Assembly (NCBI RefSeq): GCF_006345805.1
Contig: NC_043001.1
Location: 5,456,001-5,520,000, forward strand
From: Octopus sinensis
Lineage: Eukaryota
DNA length: 64,000 bases
Direction of reading: 5' to 3'
Shown: one piece after another, positions 52,693 through 64,000 of the stretch
How the letters are laid out: each line of letters begins with the position of its first letter
Numbering within the stretch: the first letter of the stretch is position 1
Program-made: the position numbers and the translations under genes
Notes under the pieces: model-generated
What the model saw: the letters and a program-made list of their open reading frames with translations, nothing else
Databases searched by the model: none
What the model was told of the DNA's origin: nothing

Positions 52693-53235
52693 CCATACAT
52701 ACAAGTATAAATATAACTATACAACCCCTAACACAATACACACAAATACACACACATATATACACACACCCACAAACATAAACATATACACACTTACACA
52801 TACAAATACATACGTATAAATCTCGACACAAACAAACTTTAATAAAACGACCATGATAAATGAAAACTCATATATATATTAATATATATATAAAAGAGTG
52901 TGTACACGCAGACGGGTGCAATTACACGCACATTCAAAACTTACATGTATACAAGTGCATAAATAATCACACCCAATTACATAGCACTCATACACTCCCA
53001 CATCTACACTTACACTTGTACACTCGCACACATACATACACACCCATACCTACATACAAAAATTCATATTAAAATAATCATGATAAATAACATCCATACA
53101 TACAAGTATAAATATAAAGATACAACCCCTTACACAATACACACAAATACACACACATATATACACACACCCACAAACATAACCATATACACACTCACAC
53201 ATACAAATACATACATACAAAACTCGATACAAGCA
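52693..53235 (+). repeat. ~140-bp CA-rich direct repeat (52693-52830 and 53092-53235) in the spacer between the inverted arms
   Basis: tccatacatacaagtataaatata...tacaacccct.acacaatacacacaaatacacacacatatatacacacacccacaaacataa occurs twice. Confidence 0.85.
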
Positions 53236-53461
53236 AATACACACACGCACACACATTCACACATACATAAACATACAAAAGAAAAACAACATTTCTACAC
53301 ATAATACGATATATAAAATACTCCATAAGTAATCAGATTATCATAAATAACAAGATTAACATAAAGAGAAAAATAGACATACCTTCTAATCAGTATCAAA
53401 TTTTGAAGTGAATGTAAACTCTATCCGTTATTACAATAAACAAAAATTACGTTACCATGAT

Positions 53462-53742
53462 TATTGATTATATATAGATTATATATAGATTATATATAGA
53501 TTATATATTTTTATTTTTATATTCTTTCATTGATAATTTTATTATTTTATTATTTTATTATTTTAAATTATTTTAAATTATATTTTAAAATATTGATATT
53601 TTTAGATCGAAAATCCACCTGAAGATTGTCGGTAGCAGACATGAAACAATTGTAGTGGCGGTTTATTTAATTTATATTAAAATGTTATGTATTGATTAAG
53701 TCTTTCCTTGTTTGGTTTTAAAATAGTGGTTTTGTCTCGAAT

Positions 53743-53753
<11 letters not shown>
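53462..53753 (+). repeat. Right arm of the 292-bp inverted repeat, containing a hammerhead on the plus strand (53615-53658)
   Basis: See left arm. The whole structure is flanked by (TA)n at 51720-51855 and 53745-53781. Confidence 0.92.
53615..53658 (+). ncRNA. Minimal type I hammerhead ribozyme motif (family H3)
   Basis: CCAC-CUGAAGA-U-UGUC(GGUAGCA)GACA-U-GAAA-C(AAUU)G-UA-GUGG: helix I CCAC/GUGG, intact core, helix III within the palindrome ACAAUUGU, triplet GUA (cut after 53654). Pair 10.1:11.1 is a non-canonical U.U. Confidence 0.8.
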
Positions 53754-53785
<32 letters not shown>

Positions 53786-56449
53786 CGTATTTAACCCGCA
53801 TTCGCTAAAATTACTTCGTTATTATTAATATTATCGTGATAAAAACATTACTGTACCCCTCTTATGCGCTGTTTAATGTTAGCACCGGTGATTACTTGCT
53901 GAGCTGTAATTCATTTCGTTCATAAAAGACCGACTTCAACGCATTCCAGTTAGTTAGAGAATTGCATTTTATCCCACCGATGTTCTACTGAAAAATATTT
54001 ACTACATCCAGATGCAAAACAACATATATGTGAGTGCACGTGAATGTACAAATTATATAATGAATCAGAAATTTATTCAAGCTCAAGGGGCAACGACCTA
54101 ATTGGGATATACGAAAACTCTACAAATGGCGAGGGCAGAAATGATTCTTCCCCTCTCCGATATCAACTAAAAATGATCTCTACATCATGCCAAAGAATAA
54201 TATATACACTTACTGTTTATTCGGTGAACAAAAATCGTGTTTCTACAGACGTTTCTGTGTTTTAGGGCAATAGTTGAATTTAGGGGAAAAGTATGAAATC
54301 GTACAAGAAAATGTGCTGTGTTCCCTTATATAGCTAAGGGACGTAAAGGGTTTTCAGTGAAATTACATAAGACTGGTTCCTTTCCTACCTTTATATATTT
54401 CATATAGCTCTCCCTTTTTTCTGAAATATGGGACAATACAATTCGTGAGTTGATTCAAGAGAGTAGAGTGACTAAATTAAGGTACATCCCTCTACATTTA
54501 ATTTATATTCGATTTTGATGTGTCTTTTAATGTCAAAACGAAGCGGTTAACTTGATAAAAATATATTTTGTTTAACAGAGAAATGACTGATGTTTGTAAA
54601 GATGAATTGAGACTTCTTTCTTGAAAGAAAATGATAGAGAAAATCTAAGAAAAAAAAAAGAAAAAAAAACATCTCTGAATACAAACTTCAAGAGCGTCGA
54701 TTTATTCCCAAAACTAAGAGAACAGCTTTGATCAAATAATTTAAAGGGAATTTCTAAAAAGCTTTGAAATATTTCATATGACTTTTTAAAATCACTCTGC
54801 CATTATTTTCGTTGTTTCACGGTTGTCATTAAAAAGATATATTAATGAGTATTAATCACGTGCTAAATTTAAACGCGAGTACAACAATAACAATAATAAA
54901 CGCGATAAAAGACGAATTAAAGTACAAAAATATAAAGCGAAAACCGGAATAACAAAATATAAAGAAGCAATACAATTAAGCAGAGAGTCTAAAGAATTTA
55001 TCAAATCCTTTTTATAGTAATTCTTATTGGATATTCTTCATTCAAGCAATATATTAGTTATCAAGCATCAAATCGTTTATTAGCTATCAGATAAATGAAG
55101 AATTTTATGAGTTGTTTTATTGCTTTGCAATCAAAAGCTATTTTATTGGGTATTAATCTTACAAGCTTTATTGCCGCCAAAGATATATTGATTGTTATTG
55201 CCGAAAATGGTGGTAGTTGATCACTGGCCAGTTTCATTGTGCATTAAACTAAAAACTTGCTAACTTTCTTTATTGATCTCAACACACAGACATTCTGTAC
55301 AAACACAAAATCTCAGACACACAAACTCTCAGACACGCAAACACACACTCACGTATGTATATGTATATATATATATTTATATATACATATATATATATGC
55401 CGTATACACACACATATATATACATGCACATACACACACACATATGTATGGAAATATGTGTCTATACACATACCCAACATACGCAAGCGTATATAGAAAT
55501 ATTTATATATATATATATACATATATATACATACATATGTATATGTCGTATATATAACATAATATATATATATACATGTTCATACGCACATACATACGTA
55601 TGAAAATATAATTATATATACACACACAAACATATATACGCAAGCGTATGCCTAAATATGTATATGTTTGTGTGTGTGTATGTGTATTCATGCATATATG
55701 TATATACACACATATGCAATAAATATATACACAGAAACAAGTACCCACAAATGCCTCCTTATTTTCGCATGTGCACGCGTGCATGTACATGACCGTGTAT
55801 ATTTACACGTACGCGTTATATTCAATGCAGTGTTTCGCCTCAACTATAAACATTTTAGAACGTATAACTTATTGTTTTTTCTCATTCTTTTTTATTATTA
55901 TCTTCTCATATTGTGTGTCAATATTTTGGCCGATATTCTGTTTGCTTCATTCATCTAATCATTTCTTGTCTTCTTCTTCACGATTTATTTTCAACTCAGG
56001 TATATAATATATCTTTGTTGCTCTATAATTGAATGATCATGTGCCTTTCATTGAAAGTGTTATGGCGTAAAGTCGTTGCATATGTTAGTTTTCATATCGC
56101 TACATACTCTGTGCGGATCCATTCCGATATTTCATGTGTTCAACGCATGATATATCTACTCTTTATGAATGATATTCGTCCTTAAAAGCACCAAATGAAA
56201 ACCAGTGTTGATTTTGATTGCTGAAGTGAACCGTGATAATAAAGTGGATTCCATTTGTGTACAATGCTAATATCGGTGAGGAATATGGTGCTACTTTACT
56301 TCCTAATTTTCGATGCAGAAAATACATTATACGAGTGTGTTAAGCTATGGAATTAAATAGACTAATACACAAAAAGAAAATGAAACTGTCTCTTGTCGTT
56401 GTCGCTAAACATTTTATTACGTATTCTTGGGAGACTAATTCTAAATTGA

Positions 56450-57120
56450 TAGAGATGTTAACCTGATGTTTGGCGACAGAAAGTCTCGTAATATCTCTAG
56501 AATCTTTATGAGAACACTCATAGAATACAGAACGACTTTTTCTACTGCTCGACAGTCTCCTCAAATCATCCAGCCTCTGTGAAGAATTCTTAGAAATCGA
56601 ACCGATCGCACCAATTACAACTGGAGCAATGTTCACTCTAATCTTCTCTTTCGTTCTTGATATTCCTCCATTATTTTAAATTCCATTGATTTTTCACTAA
56701 TTTAAGGGGTTACCATGGCAATATTCGCTCATTGTTTTGTGATTCCTATACTATAATCATATTGGATTCCCTTCTTCCATTGGTATGGCATCGGAGATAT
56801 ATAAAACCCTGTTATGAACATTCAACAAATTTTGGCTCGTATTCATACAAATACTGTTTCTTTTAATCATAAAACTATGGTTACTATTCCATTCTGCATA
56901 TTTACCGATATACCTTTCCGTCTTAGGCTAATGCAGGCGATGAGAACAAGCATACCTCTTTTACGCACCTTTCCTCACATTGTCCGTTTGCGTCCTTAGT
57001 ATGCTATTCACTTCGTTGCTCTAATCTTATTCTAAATCTGTCATGGATCTGAGCGGCTATGTTTACCGATTCTGTATCAGGCATCAGATTCTTTGTTTCT
57101 GCAGGCGTTGCGATCTTGTA
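56450..57120 (-). mobile_element. Old R4/Dong-like LINE C-terminal remnant
   Basis: Minus-strand LMPDTESVNIAAQ (cf. ETE..I.AAQ) and VNIAPVVIGAIGSISKN (cf. V.PVVIGALG). Heavily decayed. Confidence 0.6.
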
Positions 57121-57499
57121 ATCCTAGTCTCTATGCACATGGATTCTGAAATGGTGACCTTCTTAAATATTGCCAGTGAAAATATTCTGGTCTGAGGCTA
57201 GAACGTGTTTGCCTGACCAAAGGAAAAACAAAAAGAACGTGGTCAGACTTAGTTAGAAATTTTGAGTTTGGCTACCAAGTCGAGGCCACCATATGCGTGA
57301 ATCCCGGGAATCGGTGGGGCCTTTTTAAATCATCACCATTTGTTCCAGTCAAGAATTAAACGCGTGCGACTTGAAGACATCAGGTACAAGTCTTGTGTCA
57401 TGCGAACAATGCGGTTCTTGTCCGATTTAAGCCCATGAAAGCTGGGACCCATTCAAAGTGGTTGCTTATGAAATTCAAGTAAGTGGAGGAGCTCAGCAT

Positions 57500-58030
57500 G
57501 ATCCAATTCTTTTCAGATGAGAAGGAATTTGTTCAAGACCAAAATTGAACCGAAGAATAGCTCTGAGCCAACTTTACTTATACTTTTTCCACCGTTTTCC
57601 ATTCCATCTTCCCATTCTCTGTTTTGGTAATGAAGGCGCTGTCGTATCTCGTCAATATTGTTCCACAAGTTATTAGGGGTAAGGTTCAGGAAATACAGTA
57701 ATAACAGATGGTTTTCAAGCTGGGTCGAAAGATGGGTTCAAGATGGGTCGAAAGGCCGTACGTGTTCCAAAACGTTTCTGCTTTCTCTCACACAGACTGT
57801 AGAATTCAATCATGTATGGCCGAAAAGTTTCACGATCGTGTTATGTCCAGCGTTTGGACGCTTAACTCTCCCGATTTCACCTCCATAGGACTACATTGTC
57901 TGGAGCGTAATAGAGAGAAGCACACAAATAAGCATACCTAAAAGCTGCGTTACCGGCAAAATGGATAACGGTCGATCGAACATTGCATTTAGTCGTTTCA
58001 TAGGGCTGAGAGCGGTTTTATTGAGTAGCT
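57500..58030 (+). mobile_element. maT-type (DD37D) transposase remnant
   Basis: FFSDEKEFVQDQ (first D), RPYVFQNVSAFSH (second-D region, mutated) and WTLNSPDF (third-D region). Confidence 0.75.
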
Positions 58031-58124
58031 TTTCTCTTAACTGTATGTAAGAATACTTCGTTTTATTATTTTCTTAGGAAGATTATTTATTTGAATTCGT
58101 GTGTTGAAACAAATCTTGTGCCTT

Positions 58125-58189
58125 GGTCATTATGCCATGAATAATAACACACACACGGTTCCTGTGTTATTATTATTGGCATAATGACC
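58125..58189. repeat. 65-bp hairpin (26-bp arms, 24 pairs, 13-nt loop)
   Basis: ggtcattatgccatgaataataacac / gtgttattattattggcataatgacc. Confidence 0.9.
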
Positions 58190-58635
58190 GTCACAGGATA
58201 CCACAAAATATGTAAGAATATACGTACCGGATTCTATTTAAAATATTTTGCCTTTCTTAGATAAAAAAAAATTATCCTGAAATAGCAAACGCATTCTGTC
58301 AAGGGTATGGTTCTACCAACGATACTTTTCCAGAGCACAGAACGTAGAATGGTGTTTTAGATATCGACAAAGTATTCTAAAAGTACAAAAAAAAAGCGTC
58401 AAATGAAATTTGTGAGTCGCAGATGCAATACATGTTGAATTCTTTTTCTCTCCTATGTGTTCAGTGCCTCTGCGTGTCAATGAATGTGTTTCTATATGTG
58501 GACAGGATCGCTATTATATATGCATATAAGTATTCATACATACATGTATAAACACATGCATATATGTACATATTTATGTATATACAAGTATATAAATATG
58601 TATATATATATATACACATACACACACACACAAAT

Positions 58636-58683
<48 letters not shown>

Positions 58684-60554
58684 GTGTATACACTCATACA
58701 CAATTCTAAGTGTGAGCGTATGTAGGGGTGTTTGTGCGCGTGAATATCGATATATGTATTTATGCTCCCACACACATATCTACGCATATCTACACACATA
58801 CACACAGTGATAAACACAAACATGAATACACATTAACATACATACACACAGACATACATACAGATCTTCACATATACACATACACAGGCACAAGTATATA
58901 CATGTACTAATCATGCAGAAGGGAAAGATGGATGTAAGGGTGACGGTTGTACATAAACATCATCAATATTTTTTTTCTCCACCAGTTTAGTAAGCCTGAA
59001 TAACTTAATATGCAGTTGACTGGTTTCTCCAGCAGAACTTTAATTGTATGGGTTATATTTTTGTCATTGTGCTATATGATTTAGAAAAACAATGTTTCTT
59101 TATACAACTTCAGAACAAATTTGACAGGATAGTTTAGTAGGTAGAAACAGCAATATGCATACTCCATTTCCCATAGGCAATTATTTATGTACCTAGCCAT
59201 GGAAAAAAATTTTGAAAACTAAAAAACAACGTTACATGGTGTACAATAAAAACATGACATGCAGAAGGCAATATGCTTCTGGTAGTATAATGAATCATAT
59301 GTACGCACATGGGGACAGATAGTCAACCCGCCTCTCACACACACACACATAAAAGTGCATGTACAGTGGCTCAGAAGTATATAAGTTTCTCTGTGTCTAT
59401 ATCTGTGTTTGGTTTACAGGCAATGTGCAACTATAATATTTTTGAAGTTGTATGCCTGTTTGCATGTACAAATGATTATTTATACATGCATATACATGCA
59501 TACATATCTATCTATCTATATATATATGTGTGTATAGGCGTGTGTATTTGCGTGTGTATATGTGTCTGTATGGATGCACTGTTAACCGCACAAATACATT
59601 CAGTATTCTGTTCTAATGATCAGAGACGGACATATGCACAGAATAATTTATGGACATACATATATAAATACATAAAACAATACACGCATATATCATGCGT
59701 ATACACATATACAAATAAGATATATATTTTTTAGTTTGTATGTGTATACATACATACATATATATATGTGTGTGTATATATATACGTATATATATGTATA
59801 TATGTATGCATATATATATATGTGTGTGTGTGTATGTATGTGTGTGTGTGTGTATATATGGGCTACATATTCATAAACGTACAAACATGCCATACAAAAT
59901 GAATTATATATGTCTGATGGCACAGCGTCACAAAGAAGCCAAAATATTGTATTGTACATCAATATATATATATAAATATATATACATATATGTATAAATA
60001 TATATACTTATATATATATACATATATATACTTATATATATATATATACATACATATATATATAAATGTACTTATAATATATATATATACATATATATAT
60101 ATATGAGTATATATTTATGTATATACACGTGTACCTATAAATATATATGTGCATGTATGCTTACCGGGGAGGCATGTGTGTGTTTGTGTGTCCGTGTAGT
60201 TGTGCATGAGTTTGTGGATGAGCAATATTAAGACAACGTCGATGTTTCAAATTGGGTAAAAACTTGTGCTGTCATTTGAAACTAAATTCAGAATAATTAT
60301 TGATGAAATTGAAACTTCGCAATATACACAAATGCTTAGGAAATTTCACATTTTGCTCACATATCCACACAAACAAAAGACACACACACACACAAATATA
60401 CACATACACACAAACACACACATACACACACGCGTATACATATTTACATATGTGCTGGTGTGTGTTTGATTGAGTGTTTGCATACAAATATGTGTGTGTT
60501 TTGTGTGTCTGTGTGTCTGTGAGTGTCTGTGTGGATCTGTGTGTGTGTGTGGAG

Positions 60555-60905
60555 GCGTAATGGCCCAGTGGTTGTAGGATCGCTCTTTCGATACCCTGAC
60601 CGGTCGTTGTGTGTGTTTATTGATCGAAAGCATCTAAAGCTTCACGTTTCTCCGGCAAGGAGTGGTGTGGAACACGGCTGTTGTCTTTCAGCACAATATT
60701 CTCTCACTCTTTCGTCCTGTTTCTGTTGTACTTGTACTTTAGAGGGCCAGCCTTGTCACCCTCTCTGTCACGCTGAATGTCCCCGAGAACTATGTTAAGG
60801 GTACACGTGTCTGTGGAGTGCTCAGTCACTTGCACTTCAATTTCAGGAGCAGGCCGTTCGGCTGATCGAATCAACTGTATCCTTCGTTGTCGTAACCGAC
60901 GGAGT
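60555..60905 (+). mobile_element. tRNA-derived SINE, family B-like
   Basis: A-box-like tggcccagtggtt head; 3' half shared with 45030-45235. Confidence 0.65.
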
Positions 60906-61243
60906 TTCACTATATATATATATGTGTGTGTGTGCGTGTGTGTAGCTTAAAAGGCAGAATCAGAAATGTCAGAAATGCATCATCCCTGGCATCCCCGATG
61001 CCAAATGTGAGACTCCTCACAGAGACTTACTATACGTTGTTTAGATACTGAATGAAATATTTGTAACTGTTCATCGAGGGATTCCTCTCTTCATTTTCAA
61101 TGTAAACCTCTATAAGACATTTACAGTTCGTGACGTTAAAACAAAACTTTAACAACACGTAGTAAATAAAATTTGTTTGTTCCCTTGCTCATACATAAAC
61201 GCATACCAGTTTCTGTGTGTGTATGCGTATATATATTTATATA

Positions 61244-61456
61244 ACAATTGCAGCGTGGAAGGTGTTTATAAGCCATTTAAGAAACACACAAAATCGTTAG
61301 ATTCACTTCAACATTCGTGCAGCACGAAGCTTTGTCAGGTCGCGGTCTCAAAGCGACGAAAATATTTTGACAACTTAAATTTAAATGCTGAAGTGAAGTT
61401 AACGGTTTTTGTGTGCTTCTTAAATGGCTTATAAACACCTTTCACGCTGCAATTGT
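61244..61456. mobile_element. MITE with ~72-bp terminal inverted repeats and TA target duplication
   Basis: TA|acaattgcagcgtggaaggtgtttataagccatttaagaaacacac... and ...gtgtgcttcttaaatggcttataaacacctttcacgctgcaattgt|TA. No coding capacity. Confidence 0.92.
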
Positions 61457-61580
61457 TATATATATATATATATGTGTGTGTATGTATGTATGTGTGTGTG
61501 TGTGTGTATGTATAAATATGTATGTATATGTATATATGTATATATATGTGTGTGTATGTGTGTGTAATATACATACACCC

Positions 61581-61622
<42 letters not shown>

Positions 61623-61654
61623 TCATTTATACATTTATGGAATCAGTGTTGGAC

Positions 61655-61694
<40 letters not shown>

Positions 61695-62210
61695 TGATAG
61701 GTGTAAACGAAGGGAGAAGAAATGGCTTGTGCCTTCCGGATGTCTTCCTTGCAAAGATGAAGGTAGATAACATAATAATGTTTAGCTTGAAAATATTCTG
61801 GTTTCTAGAATTCTGAGGTAAATTCTCGGAAACTGGATTACCATCAAAATGTGTCCTTCGAAACACTTGCATACCAGCTGCACAAATACAGATGACGCAT
61901 ATCCAAGGGATTTATATTGGAAATGTGCACCTGCGAAGCACACACATATAGGATTCAGGCATACGAAATGCACAGAGAATACTTTTTGTTCCGAATAACC
62001 AGTAAAATACGTAATGTACCATGGCCAGGGACGAATTTTCTGTATGTTACATAGACACTTTAGTAGCGCTAGTCTAGTTTCGCATAATTCCAGCATGGCC
62101 GCAGATGACTGAAACAAGTAAAAATACATGAATGGATAAATGAATATCCTTATATTGCGAAAGCTCTTTGAAAACTATCATGAGGTACAAAAAAGAAAAA
62201 AATGATTATA

Positions 62211-62628
62211 TAGGCGCAGGAGTGGCTGTGTGGTAAGTAGCTTGCTAACCAACCACATGGTTCCGAGTTCAGTCCCACTGCGTGGCATCTTGAGCAAGTG
62301 TCTTCTGCTATAGCCCCGGGCCGACCGATGCCTTGTGAGTGGATTTGGTAGACGGAAACTGAAAGAAGCCTGTCGTATATATGTATATATATATATATAT
62401 AAGTGTGTGTGTATATGTTTGTGTGTCTGTGTTTGTCCCCCTAGCATTGCTTGACAACCGATGGTGGTGTGTTTATGCCCCCGTCACTTAGCGGTTCGGC
62501 GAAAGAGACCGATAGAATCAGTACTGAGCTTACAAAGAATAAGTCCCGGGGTCGATTTGCTCGACTAAAGGCGGGGTGCTCCAGCATGGCCGCAGTCAAA
62601 TGACTGAAACAAGTAAAAGAGTAGGAGT
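62211..62628 (+). mobile_element. tRNA-derived SINE, family A, full length and well preserved
   Basis: Head taggcgcaggagtggctgtgtggtaag...gagttcagtccc (A/B-box-like), core, internal microsatellite and tail ending in aaaagagt repeats. Confidence 0.92.
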
Positions 62629-64000
62629 AAAGATATATAGAATGGACAATATGTTGAGATAGTGTAATACTAGTATTTCATAACACTCACCGTACACAAT
62701 GATACCACATATGTTAGTTCATAGTGCTGTATATCTTTAAGAAGGTGACTGTGAGAAAATCTCGTATGATACTTTCGTTCATAGCTAACATAGCTGCAAG
62801 CTGTAATCTAATATTGTTTGACATGAAACTAACAGTGAAACGGATATTAGATATAAGTTTCACAAGCTAATAGCTGGGAATTGCATAAGTTATCTTGAAG
62901 ACGAGTCAGTCGTTATGAATATGAATTATTTATAGTTATTAGCTATGCACGAGGACGAACAATAAACGTTAGATATTTAAGAATATTTTTCTTTCGTCTT
63001 TCCCGGTGAAGGAAGGTTATAATCATGGGATATTTCAGGGTATCATAGACTTCTAGCGATACTTATCAAATTGTACAGATAGGTGATTTTCATGATTACA
63101 GTAGGGTGGATCTAACCACAGGCACCCCAAATATTACGCAACAATCTTAACACCAATATGAACGAAATCATTTACATCAAGAGGTTTCTTCCCACACTTC
63201 ATACGATGCATGATGCGTCCAGAATTTTAGACACACTACCACGACGAGAAGCATAATTACAATCTATCGTAATCCACATTCATAATCACGCATTCATTGG
63301 TTTAATCGTTACACAACTGATAAAAAGCAAGTGAAATTGAATCGGTGTATGTGTTTTTATTTATATAATGACCCTCCCATGATAAAATGTTTCAGTACAC
63401 GAGTTCAAATGAAGAATCTTGAAAGCCAAATACAAAATGAAATATTTTAAACTCTAGTCGAGCTAGAAAAACTCTGATGGACAGTGTGTTCCGCTGTCAA
63501 ATGATAGGAACCATCTGAGAGCTTTGCTTAATAAGAGAATGCACAGACTCCAGTTTATCCATAATCAACATCAAGTTGGTGGTAAGAAGGTACAACCTCA
63601 TGAAACATCCACCTGGAAAATTTAAAACATCAGGTCTGTAGTAGAGAAGACATGTCACCAATAAGGTCGCGAATGGTGATGAATGCATACTGACAAACCT
63701 ATCTGAGGGATTAATTGACGAAACAATTAATCAAAGAATTGACGAAGAAATGAACCTAAAGTGAGATAGAAAGAGTGCGCGTGTATATAATTAACATTTA
63801 ACCCACCTGAGACACAACAAATCATTTTTCAGCACAAGATTTCAGGTCGACAGTGTTTTCCAAAAAGTTATTTTAAAAATCACAAAATACTTATTTCATA
63901 ATTTTCGTTCTTTGTTTGTAAAACTTGCGAAAGCTATTGAACCGTCGGTGTTACAAATCACTGCAGTCTGAAATAATTTTAAGCACAGTTTCTCAATTCA

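Noticed and set aside
63500-63700. Possible R4/Dong remnant (RH..NKVA)
   Set aside because: Only one partial motif; too decayed to call.

Overview
AT-rich, microsatellite-dense eukaryotic DNA. The SINE families and repeat landscape look like an octopod cephalopod (Octopus-like); this is an inference from family resemblance, not from a database search. I could not recognise any host protein-coding exon, rRNA, bona fide tRNA or CRISPR array. Most ORFs in the supplied track are translated microsatellites or transposon fragments. The window is a mosaic of decayed mobile elements: an RTE LINE with an inverted 5' end, CR1-group LINE fragments, R4/Dong-like LINE fragments next to (AAT)n, several tRNA-derived SINE families, mariner and maT transposase remnants, a non-autonomous Helentron/DINE-1-like element and a TA-flanked MITE. 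The most notable signal is a set of self-cleaving-ribozyme-like motifs in non-coding repeats. These are: minimal type I hammerheads with palindromic helix III at 53615-53658 (+) and 52026-52069 (-), inside a ~99% identical 292-bp inverted repeat; another at 51459-51506 (+) in a 339-nt tandem, retrozyme-like arrangement; a family with an extra A in the core (1401-1473, 43170-43235, 48245-48310); a tRNA-headed element carrying a hammerhead-like 3' part (19320-19480, 38190-38605); and a candidate HDV-like fold at the exact 5' end of the RTE element. All folds were made by eye and none has been tested.
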